From Candidatus Fermentibacteraceae bacterium (GTDB lineage: Bacteria > Fermentibacterota > Fermentibacteria > Fermentibacterales > JCC-6): DNA of 51,960 bases. Under the pieces are notes generated by a model. That model saw nothing but the letters and a program-made list of their open reading frames with translations. It was not told the DNA's origin and searched no databases. Of this stretch, positions 26,982 to 36,364 are shown in pieces. Within the stretch, counting starts at the first letter, position 1; the number at the start of each line of letters is the position of its first letter. The stretch spans positions 11,768 to 63,727 of the forward strand of contig JAWLEP010000014.1 in the NCBI GenBank assembly GCA_041686025.1, in the 5' to 3' direction. Position numbers and translations under genes: made by a program.

Positions 26982-27656
26982 CTAGTTGCGGCCCATCCTC
27001 GCGGAAGTGCGAGGCACGTCGAGTACCTGGCCGGGGTAGATGAGGTTGGGATCGCTGATCTTGTCGCGGTTGCCCTCGTAGAGCTGAGGCCACATGCCCC
27101 GGTCTCCGTAGACAACGCTGTATCCGGCGATCTTGCCGAGGAAGTCGCCCTCGACGACCGTGTAGGTGTTGACCATCGGCACGGGGATGGTGATGACGTC
27201 GCCGGCGTAGATCATGTCCGGATCGCTGATCTTGTCCTGGTTGCGATCGTAGATCTTGGGCCACTCGGTTCCGTCACCGTATACCCAGTGGTAGCTGGCG
27301 ATGCCCCAGAGGGTCTCGCCCAGCTCGATGGTGTGGTCCACTCCCGCGTTGCGGAGACGGTTGATCTCCGCCCGCAGCTCGTCGATCTGCCTGTTGAGGT
27401 CCGCGATCTGAGCCTCCAGCTCGGCCTTCTGCGCCCTCAGGGGCTCTACCTGGGGCAGCCACTCGTCGTAGCGGGCGTCGGCCTCGGCCTTTACCCACTC
27501 CCAGTAGGCGATCTGGAGCTCGATGTTGTCGTTGCCCATGGCCTCGATCTCGTCGCGGCTGTACTGGCTCAGCTCGTCGGCCGTGTACTGTGCAGCGGCG
27601 CCGGAGGCGAGGGCAAGAACGATCACTGCAGCGAAAAGCATTACGCTACGCTTCAT
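26982..27656 (-). CDS. Exported coiled-coil protein with two LysM peptidoglycan-binding domains
   Basis: Signal peptide; heptad coiled coil; two repeats GETLWGIA...WPKIYDRNQDKISDPDMIYAG and GDFLGKIA...WPQLYEGNRDKISDPNLIYPGQ. Confidence 0.9.
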   Translation of the reverse strand: MKRSVMLFAAVIVLALASGAAAQYTADELSQYSRDEIEAMGNDNIELQIAYWEWVKAEADARYDEWLPQVEPLRAQKAELEAQIADLNRQIDELRAEINRLRNAGVDHTIELGETLWGIASYHWVYGDGTEWPKIYDRNQDKISDPDMIYAGDVITIPVPMVNTYTVVEGDFLGKIAGYSVVYGDRGMWPQLYEGNRDKISDPNLIYPGQVLDVPRTSARMGRN

Positions 27657-27671
27657 TTCTTTCCTCCCTTC

Positions 27672-27944
27672 CTATCGGCTACCGCCGCCAAGGGCCTCGT
27701 ACTCGGCCTGGAGCTCTGCGAGCTCGGCCTGAAGCGCCTCGACCTCGGCTTCCATCTCGGGTATCTCCGTGGTCAGATCCTCGTACTCCTGCTCAAGGTT
27801 GTCCGCCCTCTCCTCCGCGGCCAGCGCGGCAGATCGGGCCTCGTCCCTGGCTCTGAGCTGCTCCTCGCTGGGTCCGCATGCGGTCAGCATAAGGGCCATG
27901 CTCAGGAGAACAAGGCAGAACAGGGCAGTTCTGGCCTTGACCAT
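27672..27944 (-). CDS. Small coiled-coil lipoprotein
   Basis: GGAGG RBS; lipobox LTAC; mature part is one acidic coiled coil. Confidence 0.8.
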   Translation of the reverse strand: MVKARTALFCLVLLSMALMLTACGPSEEQLRARDEARSAALAAEERADNLEQEYEDLTTEIPEMEAEVEALQAELAELQAEYEALGGGSR

Positions 27945-28030
27945 ACCTGGAACCTCCTCTCGATTCCTGTTTCGACTGACGAATATGCCTTTCGTGTCCG
28001 ACCCCTGCCTTCGAAGCCCTGCAGGTTATG

Positions 28031-28059
28031 AGCCTACTCCGCAGGGTCAAAACTGTCAA
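28031..28059 (-). promoter_or_regulatory. Sigma70 promoter for the lipoprotein-LysM operon
   Basis: Minus-strand TTGACA-N17-TAGGCT. Confidence 0.65.
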
Positions 28060-28115
28060 GATGGCCGGGCGCACCAAGGCTTGGGCAGGCATGATATAAC
28101 ATAATCCCCACCCGT

Positions 28116-28496
28116 CTAGCCAGGGGAGGGCCCTTTCCTTCCGAAGCGGCTCAGCACCAGCAGCGAGAAGAGACCCCCCGCCGCGTCCGCCGCCATGTCC
28201 GCCGCCGAGCAGTCCCGGCCCGGGACGAAGGACTGGTGGACCTCGTCGGTGAGGGCGTAGGCCAGTACCAGGAGGATCATCACCGGCAGGGGCCTGCTTC
28301 CCCAGCTGTCCCGGTTGAGGAAGACCATCAGCCCCAGCCCGGCGAACTCCAGGAAGTGGAACACCTTGTCCTGGTGGGGAAAGAGCGGGGGAGTGGGAAG
28401 CGCCGGCTGGCTGCTGAGGTAGAATATGATCCCCGCCACCGTCAGCAGGCCCGCCATCCGCACCGCCCGGGGAAGGGCCATCAGCCTACGCACCAA
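28116..28496 (-). CDS. VanZ family membrane protein
   Basis: IFYLSS, DKVFHFLEF, ALTDEVHQSFVPGRDCS..DM.ADAAG. Confidence 0.9.
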   Translation of the reverse strand: MVRRLMALPRAVRMAGLLTVAGIIFYLSSQPALPTPPLFPHQDKVFHFLEFAGLGLMVFLNRDSWGSRPLPVMILLVLAYALTDEVHQSFVPGRDCSAADMAADAAGGLFSLLVLSRFGRKGPSPG

Positions 28497-30441
28497 AGGG
28501 ACGCAGCTCCTCCACGTGCACCCGGCCCGGGCCCTTGCCCGCCGCCGTCCTGGCCGCCTTCTCCGCCGCCGGCAGCAGCTCCCGGACCCGCCGGTCGGTG
28601 TGGGTCACCGCGGCGCCGACGCTGGCGGTGACCGGCTCCGGGCCCCCCTTCCACTGCGCAACCCTGGCGGCCATGGACTCCGCTATGGCCTCCGCCTCGG
28701 CGGGGTCGGGGCCCACCAGGAGGGCGGCGAAGCTGTCCGGGCCGGTGCGGGCCAGCAGGGTCTCGTCGCCCAGCAGCTCCTCCAGCAGGCCGGCCACCGT
28801 CCTGACCACCCCGTCCGCCTCCCCGGGACCCAGGCGGGCATTGAGGCGGGAGAAGCCGTCCAGGTCCAGCTGCAGCAGGGAGATGGACCTGCCGTAGCGG
28901 CGCACCTGGTCCACCGCCTCCTCCAGGCTCTCCGCCAGGGCGGCCATGGTGGGCAGGCCGGTGAGGCCGTCGCGGGTGCGGCTGGTCTTCTGCCGCTGCC
29001 GCAGGTAGACCTTCTCCACCGTCACCGACAGCAGCCCCGCCGCTCCCCGCAGCAGCTTCTCCTCCGCCACCCCGAACCCGTTGCTCTCCTCCCGCTCCAG
29101 CAGCAGGACGCCGGCCACCTGGCCGTTCATTATCAGGGGAGCGGCGGCGCAGCTGCCCACCCTGCGCTCCGGGTCGTCTTCGGTGGACAGCGACCGGATG
29201 GCCTTGTTGCCCCGGCGCATCCGGTTGCGGAACATGGGCCGGCCGTAGGCCAGGACCCATCCGGCCACGCTGGTCTCGCAGCCCATGGACTTCCCGCCGC
29301 GGCCGGCGGAGAAGGCCCCCATGGACTCGTAGATGTTGAGGACGCTGCCCTCCCCCTCCAGCAGGCCCACGGTCACCGTGGCCCCCTCCATCAGGCGGTG
29401 GAGGTTCAGAACCACCGAGTGTATGGCCCGGTCCACCGTGGAGGCGGAGGCGGCGGAGCCGGCCACGGCCTCGAACCACTCCACCTCGGGGGATACGCTC
29501 TCCCCGCCGCCGGGCAGCCATACCTCCTCCAAGACGGAGGCGGCCTCCGACAGGGTCTTCAGCGCCCCCTCCCCGGGGCCTGAGAGGACGAAGAAGGCCT
29601 CGGCCCCGTCCTCCCCGCTCACCGGCCGCACAGCGTAGCGGCCCCCCGCCGCCTCCTCGGGCAGCCAGGGGGGCGCCAGCCCCCCGTCCACGTCATCCAT
29701 CTCCACCCCCTTGCCTGGGACCGACAGAAGCGGGTGGCTGCCCCGCACCAGCGACCGCTGGGCCTCCCGGGACAGACCCCCCAGGGCCTCCACCAGCCGG
29801 AAGAGCTTCTCGTCGTGCCGGACCAGCAGGTAGGCGCCCTCCGCGGAGGTGGCCCGCCTCACCACCGGCAGCAGCGCCCGGGCGGCGGCCACGGGAAAGG
29901 CCGGCCTCTGCCGCTTTCGGGGCTCCTCCGACATGGGGGGAATGGCAGTCGGGGGCGGGCGCCGGCCCTCCACCAGGGCGTCGGCGGCCAGGCCGAACAG
30001 GGCCGGTGGCAGCAGTCCGCCCAGGGCGGGGGGCAGGGAGGCCAGCACGTCCTGCAGGTGCGAAGGGCTGCCCCCGGCCACCAGGGACACCGCCTCGGCC
30101 AGCCCTATGGCCAGCCCCAGCTCCGCCGCCATTCCCCCCGCCGAGGGGAGGGCGGCCCAGAGCAGCAGCAGGAAGTAGGCGGGGAAGAGGAAGCCCCGGC
30201 AGCCTCCAGCCTGCTGGACGGCGGCGATGACGCCCAGGGAGATCCAGGCCAGGGCCAGCCTGCCCGGCCTCCACCCCCGGACCCTGGTGAGCACCACCAC
30301 CGCGGCGCACAGAAGCAGCAGCGCCGAGGCCCGCAGGGCCTGCCCGGGCTCGGGGGGCACCTCCGCCAGCAGCCCGCCGGCGGCCAGCACCAGGTAGGCG
30401 GCGGCGGCGATCATCCACCCGGCGGTGTTCAGGGCCTGCAA
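28486..30441 (-). CDS. Membrane-anchored GAF + degenerate GGDEF protein
   Basis: Likely start is TTG 30441 after GGAGGGAG (the track's 30705 start crosses the rho promoter); N-terminal TMs; GAF; DGLTGL, DLDGF and ARTGPDSF in place of GGDEF. Confidence 0.75.
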   Translation of the reverse strand: MQALNTAGWMIAAAAYLVLAAGGLLAEVPPEPGQALRASALLLLCAAVVVLTRVRGWRPGRLALAWISLGVIAAVQQAGGCRGFLFPAYFLLLLWAALPSAGGMAAELGLAIGLAEAVSLVAGGSPSHLQDVLASLPPALGGLLPPALFGLAADALVEGRRPPPTAIPPMSEEPRKRQRPAFPVAAARALLPVVRRATSAEGAYLLVRHDEKLFRLVEALGGLSREAQRSLVRGSHPLLSVPGKGVEMDDVDGGLAPPWLPEEAAGGRYAVRPVSGEDGAEAFFVLSGPGEGALKTLSEAASVLEEVWLPGGGESVSPEVEWFEAVAGSAASASTVDRAIHSVVLNLHRLMEGATVTVGLLEGEGSVLNIYESMGAFSAGRGGKSMGCETSVAGWVLAYGRPMFRNRMRRGNKAIRSLSTEDDPERRVGSCAAAPLIMNGQVAGVLLLEREESNGFGVAEEKLLRGAAGLLSVTVEKVYLRQRQKTSRTRDGLTGLPTMAALAESLEEAVDQVRRYGRSISLLQLDLDGFSRLNARLGPGEADGVVRTVAGLLEELLGDETLLARTGPDSFAALLVGPDPAEAEAIAESMAARVAQWKGGPEPVTASVGAAVTHTDRRVRELLPAAEKAARTAAGKGPGRVHVEELRPFGA

Positions 30442-30468
30442 TGGTACTCCCTCCGGTGGGGCCGGCGT

Positions 30469-30482
30469 GTCATCATGATGAC
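30469..30482. promoter_or_regulatory. Perfect 14-bp palindrome, candidate operator
   Basis: GTCATCATGATGAC in the divergent GGDEF/rho intergenic region. Confidence 0.4.
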
Positions 30483-30523
30483 TATCATAACCATCTCGGG
30501 AACCGGTGAAGAGGCGCAGGCCC

Positions 30524-30552
30524 TTGACGCAGAGGCCCGAAGGCGGAATCTT
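30524..30552 (+). promoter_or_regulatory. Probable rho promoter
   Basis: TTGACG-N17-AATCTT. Confidence 0.5.
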
Positions 30553-30716
30553 TGCAGTGCTCACCGAGGGAAGCTCCCGGAAAACCAGTTGACCTAAGCA
30601 GCCCATAAGTTCAACGGTTACCATTAGTTGCAGGCAGATACACCAACTGGCGAGAGACGGCATTTTCGCGAACACTGAACTCCATTCATACCAAAACCCT
30701 AGCAAAAAGAGGTCTT

Positions 30717-31997
30717 ATGGCAGCCAATCCATCGAATGAGGCGACGCTTGCGGAGCTGCAGGACAAGACGCTTGCCGAGCTCCAGTCGATCGCCAAGGAG
30801 ACTGGGCTTAAGAAAGTCTCCGGCGTCCGGAAGAAGGAGCTGATCCGCATGCTCCTGGAGGAGAAGACCAGAAAGAACGGCCTGAAGTACGCCACGGGCG
30901 TCCTGGAGGTCCTTCCGGAGGGGTACGGCTTCCTGCGCTCGCCGGGCAGCAACTACCTTCCCGGCTCCGACGACATCTACGTCTCGCCCTCCCAGATCAA
31001 GAGGTTCGCCATGCAGACCGGCGACACCGTCTCCGGCCAGGTGCGCAAGCCAAAGGACAGCGAGAAGTACTACGCCCTGCTCCGGGTGGAGTCCATCAAC
31101 GAGAAGGGTCCCGAGGAGGCCAGGAAGCGGACCGGTTTCGACGACCTGACCCCCTTCTACCCCAAGGAGCTGTTCCGGATGGAGACCGGCCCGGACAACA
31201 TATCCGGCCGGGTGCTGGACCTGCTGACCCCCATGGGCAAGGGCCAGAGGGCCCTGATCGTCTCCCCGCCCCGGGCGGGAAAGACAATCCTCCTGCAGCA
31301 CATCGCCAACAGCATCATAGCCAACAGCCCCGAGGCGAAGCTGCTGATACTCCTCATAGACGAGCGCCCCGAGGAGGTCACCGACATGAAGATGAACGTG
31401 GAGGCCGAGGTGATAAGCTCCACGTTCGACGAGGCACCGAAGCGCCACGTGCAGGTGGCCGACATAGTGCTGGAGAAGGCCAAGAGCATGGTGGAGAGCG
31501 GCTACGACGTGGTGATCCTGCTGGACTCCATCACCCGCCTGGCCCGCGCCAACAACCAGGTGGTGCCCCACTCCGGCAAGATCCTCTCCGGCGGCGTGGA
31601 CTCCAACGCCCTGCAGCGGCCCAAGCGGTTCTTCGGGGCGGCGCGCAACATACTGGAGGGCGGCAGCCTCACCATCGTGGGCACCGCCCTGGTGGACACC
31701 GGAAGCCGCATGGACGAGGTGATCTTCGAGGAGTTCAAGGGAACCGGAAACTGCGAGATAGTGCTGGACCGCAGGCTGGCCGACCGCCGCGTCTACCCGG
31801 CCATAGACATCAACCGGTCCGGTACCCGCAAGGAGGACCTGCTGCTGGAGGAGGACGTGATCCAGCGGATATGGATCATGCGCAAGATACTGGCCGACCT
31901 GAACACCGTGGAGGCCATGGAGCTTCTGAAGAAGCAGCTCACCCAGCACAAGTCCAACAAGCGATTCCTTGACGCAATGGCCCACATGTCACAATGA
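30717..31997 (+). CDS. rho: Transcription termination factor Rho
   Basis: [50 protein letters not shown]. Confidence 0.98.
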   Translation: MAANPSNEATLAELQDKTLAELQSIAKETGLKKVSGVRKKELIRMLLEEKTRKNGLKYATGVLEVLPEGYGFLRSPGSNYLPGSDDIYVSPSQIKRFAMQTGDTVSGQVRKPKDSEKYYALLRVESINEKGPEEARKRTGFDDLTPFYPKELFRMETGPDNISGRVLDLLTPMGKGQRALIVSPPRAGKTILLQHIANSIIANSPEAKLLILLIDERPEEVTDMKMNVEAEVISSTFDEAPKRHVQVADIVLEKAKSMVESGYDVVILLDSITRLARANNQVVPHSGKILSGGVDSNALQRPKRFFGAARNILEGGSLTIVGTALVDTGSRMDEVIFEEFKGTGNCEIVLDRRLADRRVYPAIDINRSGTRKEDLLLEEDVIQRIWIMRKILADLNTVEAMELLKKQLTQHKSNKRFLDAMAHMSQ

Positions 31998-32043
31998 TAC
32001 GCTGGTTTTCGCCGGCGAACGACACAGCCATGGAGGCACGGAA

Positions 32044-32277
32044 GTGAAGCCCGACATACATCCCGAGTACAAAGAGGTGACCTTCGCCTGCACCTGCGGG
32101 AACACCATAAAGACCCGGTCCACCGGCGGAGACAGGCGCTTCGACGTCTGCTCGGCCTGCCATCCCTTCTACACCGGGAAGCAGAAGCTGGTGGACTCCG
32201 CGGGCAGGGTGGACAAGTACCTGCGCAAGTACGGAAAGACCAAGAAGAAGGCGGAGTCCGAAGAGAACCGGGACTAG
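32044..32277 (+). CDS. rpmE: 50S ribosomal protein L31 (Zn-binding form)
   Basis: GGAGG then [34 protein letters not shown]. Confidence 0.95.
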   Translation: MKPDIHPEYKEVTFACTCGNTIKTRSTGGDRRFDVCSACHPFYTGKQKLVDSAGRVDKYLRKYGKTKKKAESEENRD

Positions 32278-32295
32278 CCTCACGGGAATGCGACG

Positions 32296-32325
32296 AGGGG
32301 GGCCGAAGGGCCCCCCTTCTCTTTC
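32296..32325 (+). terminator. Terminator-like hairpin after rpmE
   Basis: AGGGGGGCC-GAAG-GGCCCCCCT followed by TCTCTTT. Confidence 0.65.
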
Positions 32326-32350
32326 CCCTCAGTGACGGGACACGCCCACC

Positions 32351-33367
32351 TTGAGCGAAAAAGACGGAGCCCGGGGAAGCAGCGTAGGCGGCCAGGCCGT
32401 TCTGGAGGGCGTAATGATGCGCTCTCCGCAGGGGGCGGCGGTGGCCGTGCGCGCGCCGGAGGGCGACATCGTGGCCCGCCGGCTGGAGACACCCCTCATA
32501 GGCGACCGGGGCGATATCTGGAAGAAGCCCGTCTTCCGGGGAGCCGCCACCCTGATAGACACCCTGCGGCTGGGGCTGGCGGGGCTGAACTGGTCGGCGG
32601 AGATAATCGAGGAGAGCCAGGGGAAGACCTCCTCCGGCTTCTCGGGCTTCCTCTCCACCGCCGCCGCCGTGGTTCTGGCGGTGGCGATCTTCGCATGGCT
32701 GCCGCTGCAGGCGTCCATGTGGACCGTGGGGGAGAGCTCGCAGATGGCCATCCACCTGCTGGCCGGCGTCTACCGGGTGGCGGCCTTCTTCCTCTACATC
32801 GCCGCCATCTCCCTGATGCCCGACGTCCGCAGGCTCTTCGCCTACCACGGCGCCGAGCACCAGACCATACACGCCTTCGAGAGGTCCCTGTCCGCCGGCG
32901 GGGAGGAGGACCCCCGGCGGCTGGCCGACGAGGCCGCCGCCCAGAGCCCTCTGCACCAGCGCTGCGGCACCAGCTTCCTTCTGCTGGTGATGCTGGCCAC
33001 CATCGTATTCTACGCCGTGCTGGACACGGCGGTGGTGGTGGCCTTCGGCCACGCCCCCGGGGCGGCGCTGCGCATCCTCTACCATCTTCCGCTGATCCCC
33101 CTGGTGCTGGGGCTGAGCTACGAGGTGCTGAAGCTGGCCGACCGCCACCTGGAGACCTCCGCGGTGGCCCGGGCAGTGACGGCCCCCGGGCTGCTGCTGC
33201 AGAGGCTCACCACCAGGAAGGCGGACCGGGAGATGGTGGAGGTGGCCATAGCCTCCCTGCGGCTCTCCCTGGGCGAGGAGCCGCTTCCCGGGGTCCGGAT
33301 AGCCGGCTCCGGGGGAAGCTCGAAGGAAGAAGAGGAAGATGAGGAGGGGAACCGAAGCGATGGCTGA
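32351..33367 (+). CDS. DUF1385 membrane protein
   Basis: [39 protein letters not shown]; usual position between rpmE and prfA. Confidence 0.9.
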   Translation: MSEKDGARGSSVGGQAVLEGVMMRSPQGAAVAVRAPEGDIVARRLETPLIGDRGDIWKKPVFRGAATLIDTLRLGLAGLNWSAEIIEESQGKTSSGFSGFLSTAAAVVLAVAIFAWLPLQASMWTVGESSQMAIHLLAGVYRVAAFFLYIAAISLMPDVRRLFAYHGAEHQTIHAFERSLSAGGEEDPRRLADEAAAQSPLHQRCGTSFLLLVMLATIVFYAVLDTAVVVAFGHAPGAALRILYHLPLIPLVLGLSYEVLKLADRHLETSAVARAVTAPGLLLQRLTTRKADREMVEVAIASLRLSLGEEPLPGVRIAGSGGSSKEEEEDEEGNRSDG

Positions 33368-34448
33368 GGGCGGAATCGGCCCGGCGGACATGGAGAGCGT
33401 CACCGCGCGGATGCGGGAGATAGACGAGGCCCTCTGCGACCCGGAGACGCTGCGGGACTCCCGGAGGATCCGCTCCCTCACCGAGGAACGGGCCCACCTC
33501 GACGAGCTGCGCCGGACCCTGGCGGAGATGGAGGAGGTGGCGGAGGGCATCGAGGAGGCCCGGGAGGTGCTGGACGAGGACGACCCGGACCTGGCCGAGC
33601 TCGCCCGGGAGGAGCTCCCCGGCCTGGAGAAGAGAATGGAGGAGCTGGAGCGGCGGCGCCGCAGGCTGCTTATCCCCCCAGACCCCAACGACCGCCGGGA
33701 CGTGATCGTGGAGGTCCGGGCCGGCACCGGGGGCGAGGAGGCCGCGCTGTTCGCCGGCGACGTCTTCTCCATGTACTCCTCCTACGCCCAGTCCCGGGGC
33801 TGGAGCCTGGAGGTGATGGCCAGCCGGGAGTCGGAGCGGGGCGGGTTCAAGGAGATCGTCTTCGCCCTGCGGGGGAAGGGCGTCTACAGCCGCATGAAGT
33901 TCGAGGCCGGCGTCCACCGGGTGCAGCGGGTGCCCGAGACCGAGACCCAGGGCCGCATACACACCTCCGCCTGCACGGTGGCCGTCCTCCCCGAGGCCGA
34001 GGAGGTGGACGTGGACATCGACCCCGGCGACCTGCGCATAGACGTCTACCGCTCCTCCGGACCCGGGGGGCAGAGCGTGAACACCACCGACTCCGCGGTG
34101 CGCATCACCCACGAGCCCACCGGCATAGTGGTGGCCTGCCAGGACGAGAAGAGCCAGCACAAGAACCGGGCCAAGGCCATGAAGGTGCTTCGGTCGCGCC
34201 TGCTGGCGCACTTCCGCCAGAAGGAGGAGGCCAAGCGCGCCGACGCCCGCAAGAGCATGGTGGGGTCGGGGGACCGCAGCGCCAAGATCCGCACCTACAA
34301 CTTCCCCCAGAACAGGATCACCGACCACCGCATAGGGCTGAGCATGCACAACCTCGATGCGGTGCTGGGCGGAGCCCTGGACCCGGTGATAGACGCCCTG
34401 GTGGAGGCCGAGGAGGAGAGGCTCCTGGCCGGCATCTCCTCCGAATAG
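33360..34448 (+). CDS. prfA: Peptide chain release factor 1
   Basis: [21 protein letters not shown] (PxT), [27 protein letters not shown]. Confidence 0.97.
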   Translation: MAEGGIGPADMESVTARMREIDEALCDPETLRDSRRIRSLTEERAHLDELRRTLAEMEEVAEGIEEAREVLDEDDPDLAELAREELPGLEKRMEELERRRRRLLIPPDPNDRRDVIVEVRAGTGGEEAALFAGDVFSMYSSYAQSRGWSLEVMASRESERGGFKEIVFALRGKGVYSRMKFEAGVHRVQRVPETETQGRIHTSACTVAVLPEAEEVDVDIDPGDLRIDVYRSSGPGGQSVNTTDSAVRITHEPTGIVVACQDEKSQHKNRAKAMKVLRSRLLAHFRQKEEAKRADARKSMVGSGDRSAKIRTYNFPQNRITDHRIGLSMHNLDAVLGGALDPVIDALVEAEEERLLAGISSE

Positions 34449-34450
34449 CC

Positions 34451-35284
34451 ATGCTGGTGGGGGAGGCCAGGAGGTGGGGGGCGGAGATGCTCTCCCCCCT
34501 GGAGAGCCCCCGCCTGGAGGCCGACCTCCTGCTGATGCACGTCCTGGGCTGGCAGCGCCACCGGCTTCTGGTGGAGGGCGATTCCCCCCTGTCCCGCGGG
34601 GAGCTGGAGGAGTACCGCCGTGCCCTGGCGGCCCGGCGCAGCCGCACCCCCCTGCAGCACATAACCGGCCGGGTGGAGTTCATGTCCGTCGAGCTGCTGG
34701 CCGGCCCGGAGGCCATGGTGCCCCGGCCGGAGACGGAGGTGATGGTGGAGGCGCTGCTGGAGCTGCTGCCCCCCGGCGCCCGGCGGCTGCTGGACGTGGG
34801 AACCGGCTCCGGGGCGGTGGCGGTGGCCCTGGCGGTCCGTCTTCCCCGCTGCCGGGTGTGGGCCACGGACATCCACCGACCGGCCCTGGGGCTGGCCCGG
34901 AGGAACCTGGTCCTGCATGATCTGCACAATGTGGATCTCGTTGCCTGCGACCTGGCCTCGGCCCTGGCCGGAGGCTTTCACGGCGTGGCCGCCAACCTTC
35001 CCTACGTGCCCACCGGTGAGATAGCCTCCCTGCAGCCGGAGGTGCGGTTCGGCGACCCCCGGGCGGCCCTGGACGGAGGTCCGGACGGCCTGGACCTGAC
35101 GAGGCGCCTGGCCGGCGACCTCCCCAGGCTGCTGGCGGCCGGAGGCGCCGCCGTCCTGGAGGTGGCCGACGACCAGACGCCCGCCACGGCGCAGCTGCTG
35201 GAGGCGTCGGGACTGGCGGACGTGGAGGTGCGCAGGGACCTGGCCGGGAGGCGCCGGGTGGTCTGCGGCAGGAAGGGGGGCTGA
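34451..35284 (+). CDS. prmC: Release factor glutamine methyltransferase
   Basis: PLQHITG, VPRPETE, LDVGTGSG, ANLPY, ALDGGPDGL. Confidence 0.93.
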   Translation: MLVGEARRWGAEMLSPLESPRLEADLLLMHVLGWQRHRLLVEGDSPLSRGELEEYRRALAARRSRTPLQHITGRVEFMSVELLAGPEAMVPRPETEVMVEALLELLPPGARRLLDVGTGSGAVAVALAVRLPRCRVWATDIHRPALGLARRNLVLHDLHNVDLVACDLASALAGGFHGVAANLPYVPTGEIASLQPEVRFGDPRAALDGGPDGLDLTRRLAGDLPRLLAAGGAAVLEVADDQTPATAQLLEASGLADVEVRRDLAGRRRVVCGRKGG

Positions 35285-36364
35285 ATGTCCTCGAAGAGAA
35301 GCGTGGACGTGGGAGGGGTTGCCATGGGCGGAGGCGCCCCGGTGGTGGTCCAGTCCATGACCAACACCCCCACCACCGACGTGGACGCCACCCTGCGGCA
35401 GGTGAGAGAGCTGGCCCGGCTGGGGGCGGAGGTGGTCCGGGTGGCGGTCCCGGACATGGACTCCGCCCGGGCCCTGCCCCCCCTGCTGGAGGGCTCGCCG
35501 GTGCCCCTGGTGGCGGACGTGCACTTCGATGCCGGCCTGGCCATGGCGGCGCTGGATGCCGGAATACACAAGCTCCGGCTCAACCCCGGCAACATCCGCC
35601 GGGCGGCGGACGTGGAGCGGATAGCCCGCCGGGCGGCGGAGCTGGCCGTTCCCATACGGGTGGGGGTCAACTCCGGAAGCGTCCCCGGCGACATCAGGGA
35701 GCGCTATGGGGGCGTGAGCGCCGACTCCATGTGGGCGGCGGCGGAGCGGCACGTGGCCATGCTTGAGAAGACGGGTTTCCGTGATATAGTACTCTCTCTG
35801 AAGGCCAGCGACCCCGGGCTCACCGTGGAGGCCAACGTGAGGGCCTCCCGGGAGCGGGAGTACCCCATTCACCTGGGGGTCACCGAGGCGGGCACCCCCC
35901 TCTCCGGCAGCGTCCGGACGGCGGTTGCCTTCACCCGGCTGCTGGACCGGGGAATCGGCGACACCGTCCGGGTGTCCCTGGCGGGCTCCCCGGAGCCGGA
36001 GCCGGTGGTGGCCTGGGAGGTTCTGTCGGCGCTGGGCCTGCGGAGGGGATTCGTGCGGGTGGTGGGCTGCCCCACCTGCGCCCGGGCCCGACTGGACGTA
36101 GGCCGGCTGGCCGGTCGGGTGGAGCAGGCGCTTCGCGGCCGCAGGGGCCGGCTGACGGTGGCGGTGATGGGATGCGAGGTAAACGGCCCGGGAGAGGCCA
36201 GGGAGTCCGACGTGGCGGTTATAGCCACTCCCGCGGGCTACCTGCTGTTCTCGGAGGGCAGGATGATTCGAACGATCTGCGAAGACGAGCTTCTGCCGGC
36301 GGTGCGTGACGAGGTGGACAGGCTTCTCGCCGCCGGCCGCTACAACCAGGGAGGTACATCTTGA
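35285..36364 (+). CDS. ispG: HMBPP synthase (GcpE)
   Basis: VVQSMTNT, VADVHF, RLNPGNI, RVGVNSGS, HLGVTEAG, CPTCAR, VMGCEVNGPGE. Confidence 0.96.
   Translation: MSSKRSVDVGGVAMGGGAPVVVQSMTNTPTTDVDATLRQVRELARLGAEVVRVAVPDMDSARALPPLLEGSPVPLVADVHFDAGLAMAALDAGIHKLRLNPGNIRRAADVERIARRAAELAVPIRVGVNSGSVPGDIRERYGGVSADSMWAAAERHVAMLEKTGFRDIVLSLKASDPGLTVEANVRASREREYPIHLGVTEAGTPLSGSVRTAVAFTRLLDRGIGDTVRVSLAGSPEPEPVVAWEVLSALGLRRGFVRVVGCPTCARARLDVGRLAGRVEQALRGRRGRLTVAVMGCEVNGPGEARESDVAVIATPAGYLLFSEGRMIRTICEDELLPAVRDEVDRLLAAGRYNQGGTS

Noticed and set aside
30442..30705. N-terminal extension of the GGDEF ORF to 30705
   Set aside because: It runs through the rho promoter and leader; an SD and TTG at 30441 precede the first TM helix.
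34451..35284. PrmC NLPY instead of NPPY as loss of function or a DNA methyltransferase
   Set aside because: NLPY is a common natural PrmC variant; the other motifs and the prfA linkage are normal.
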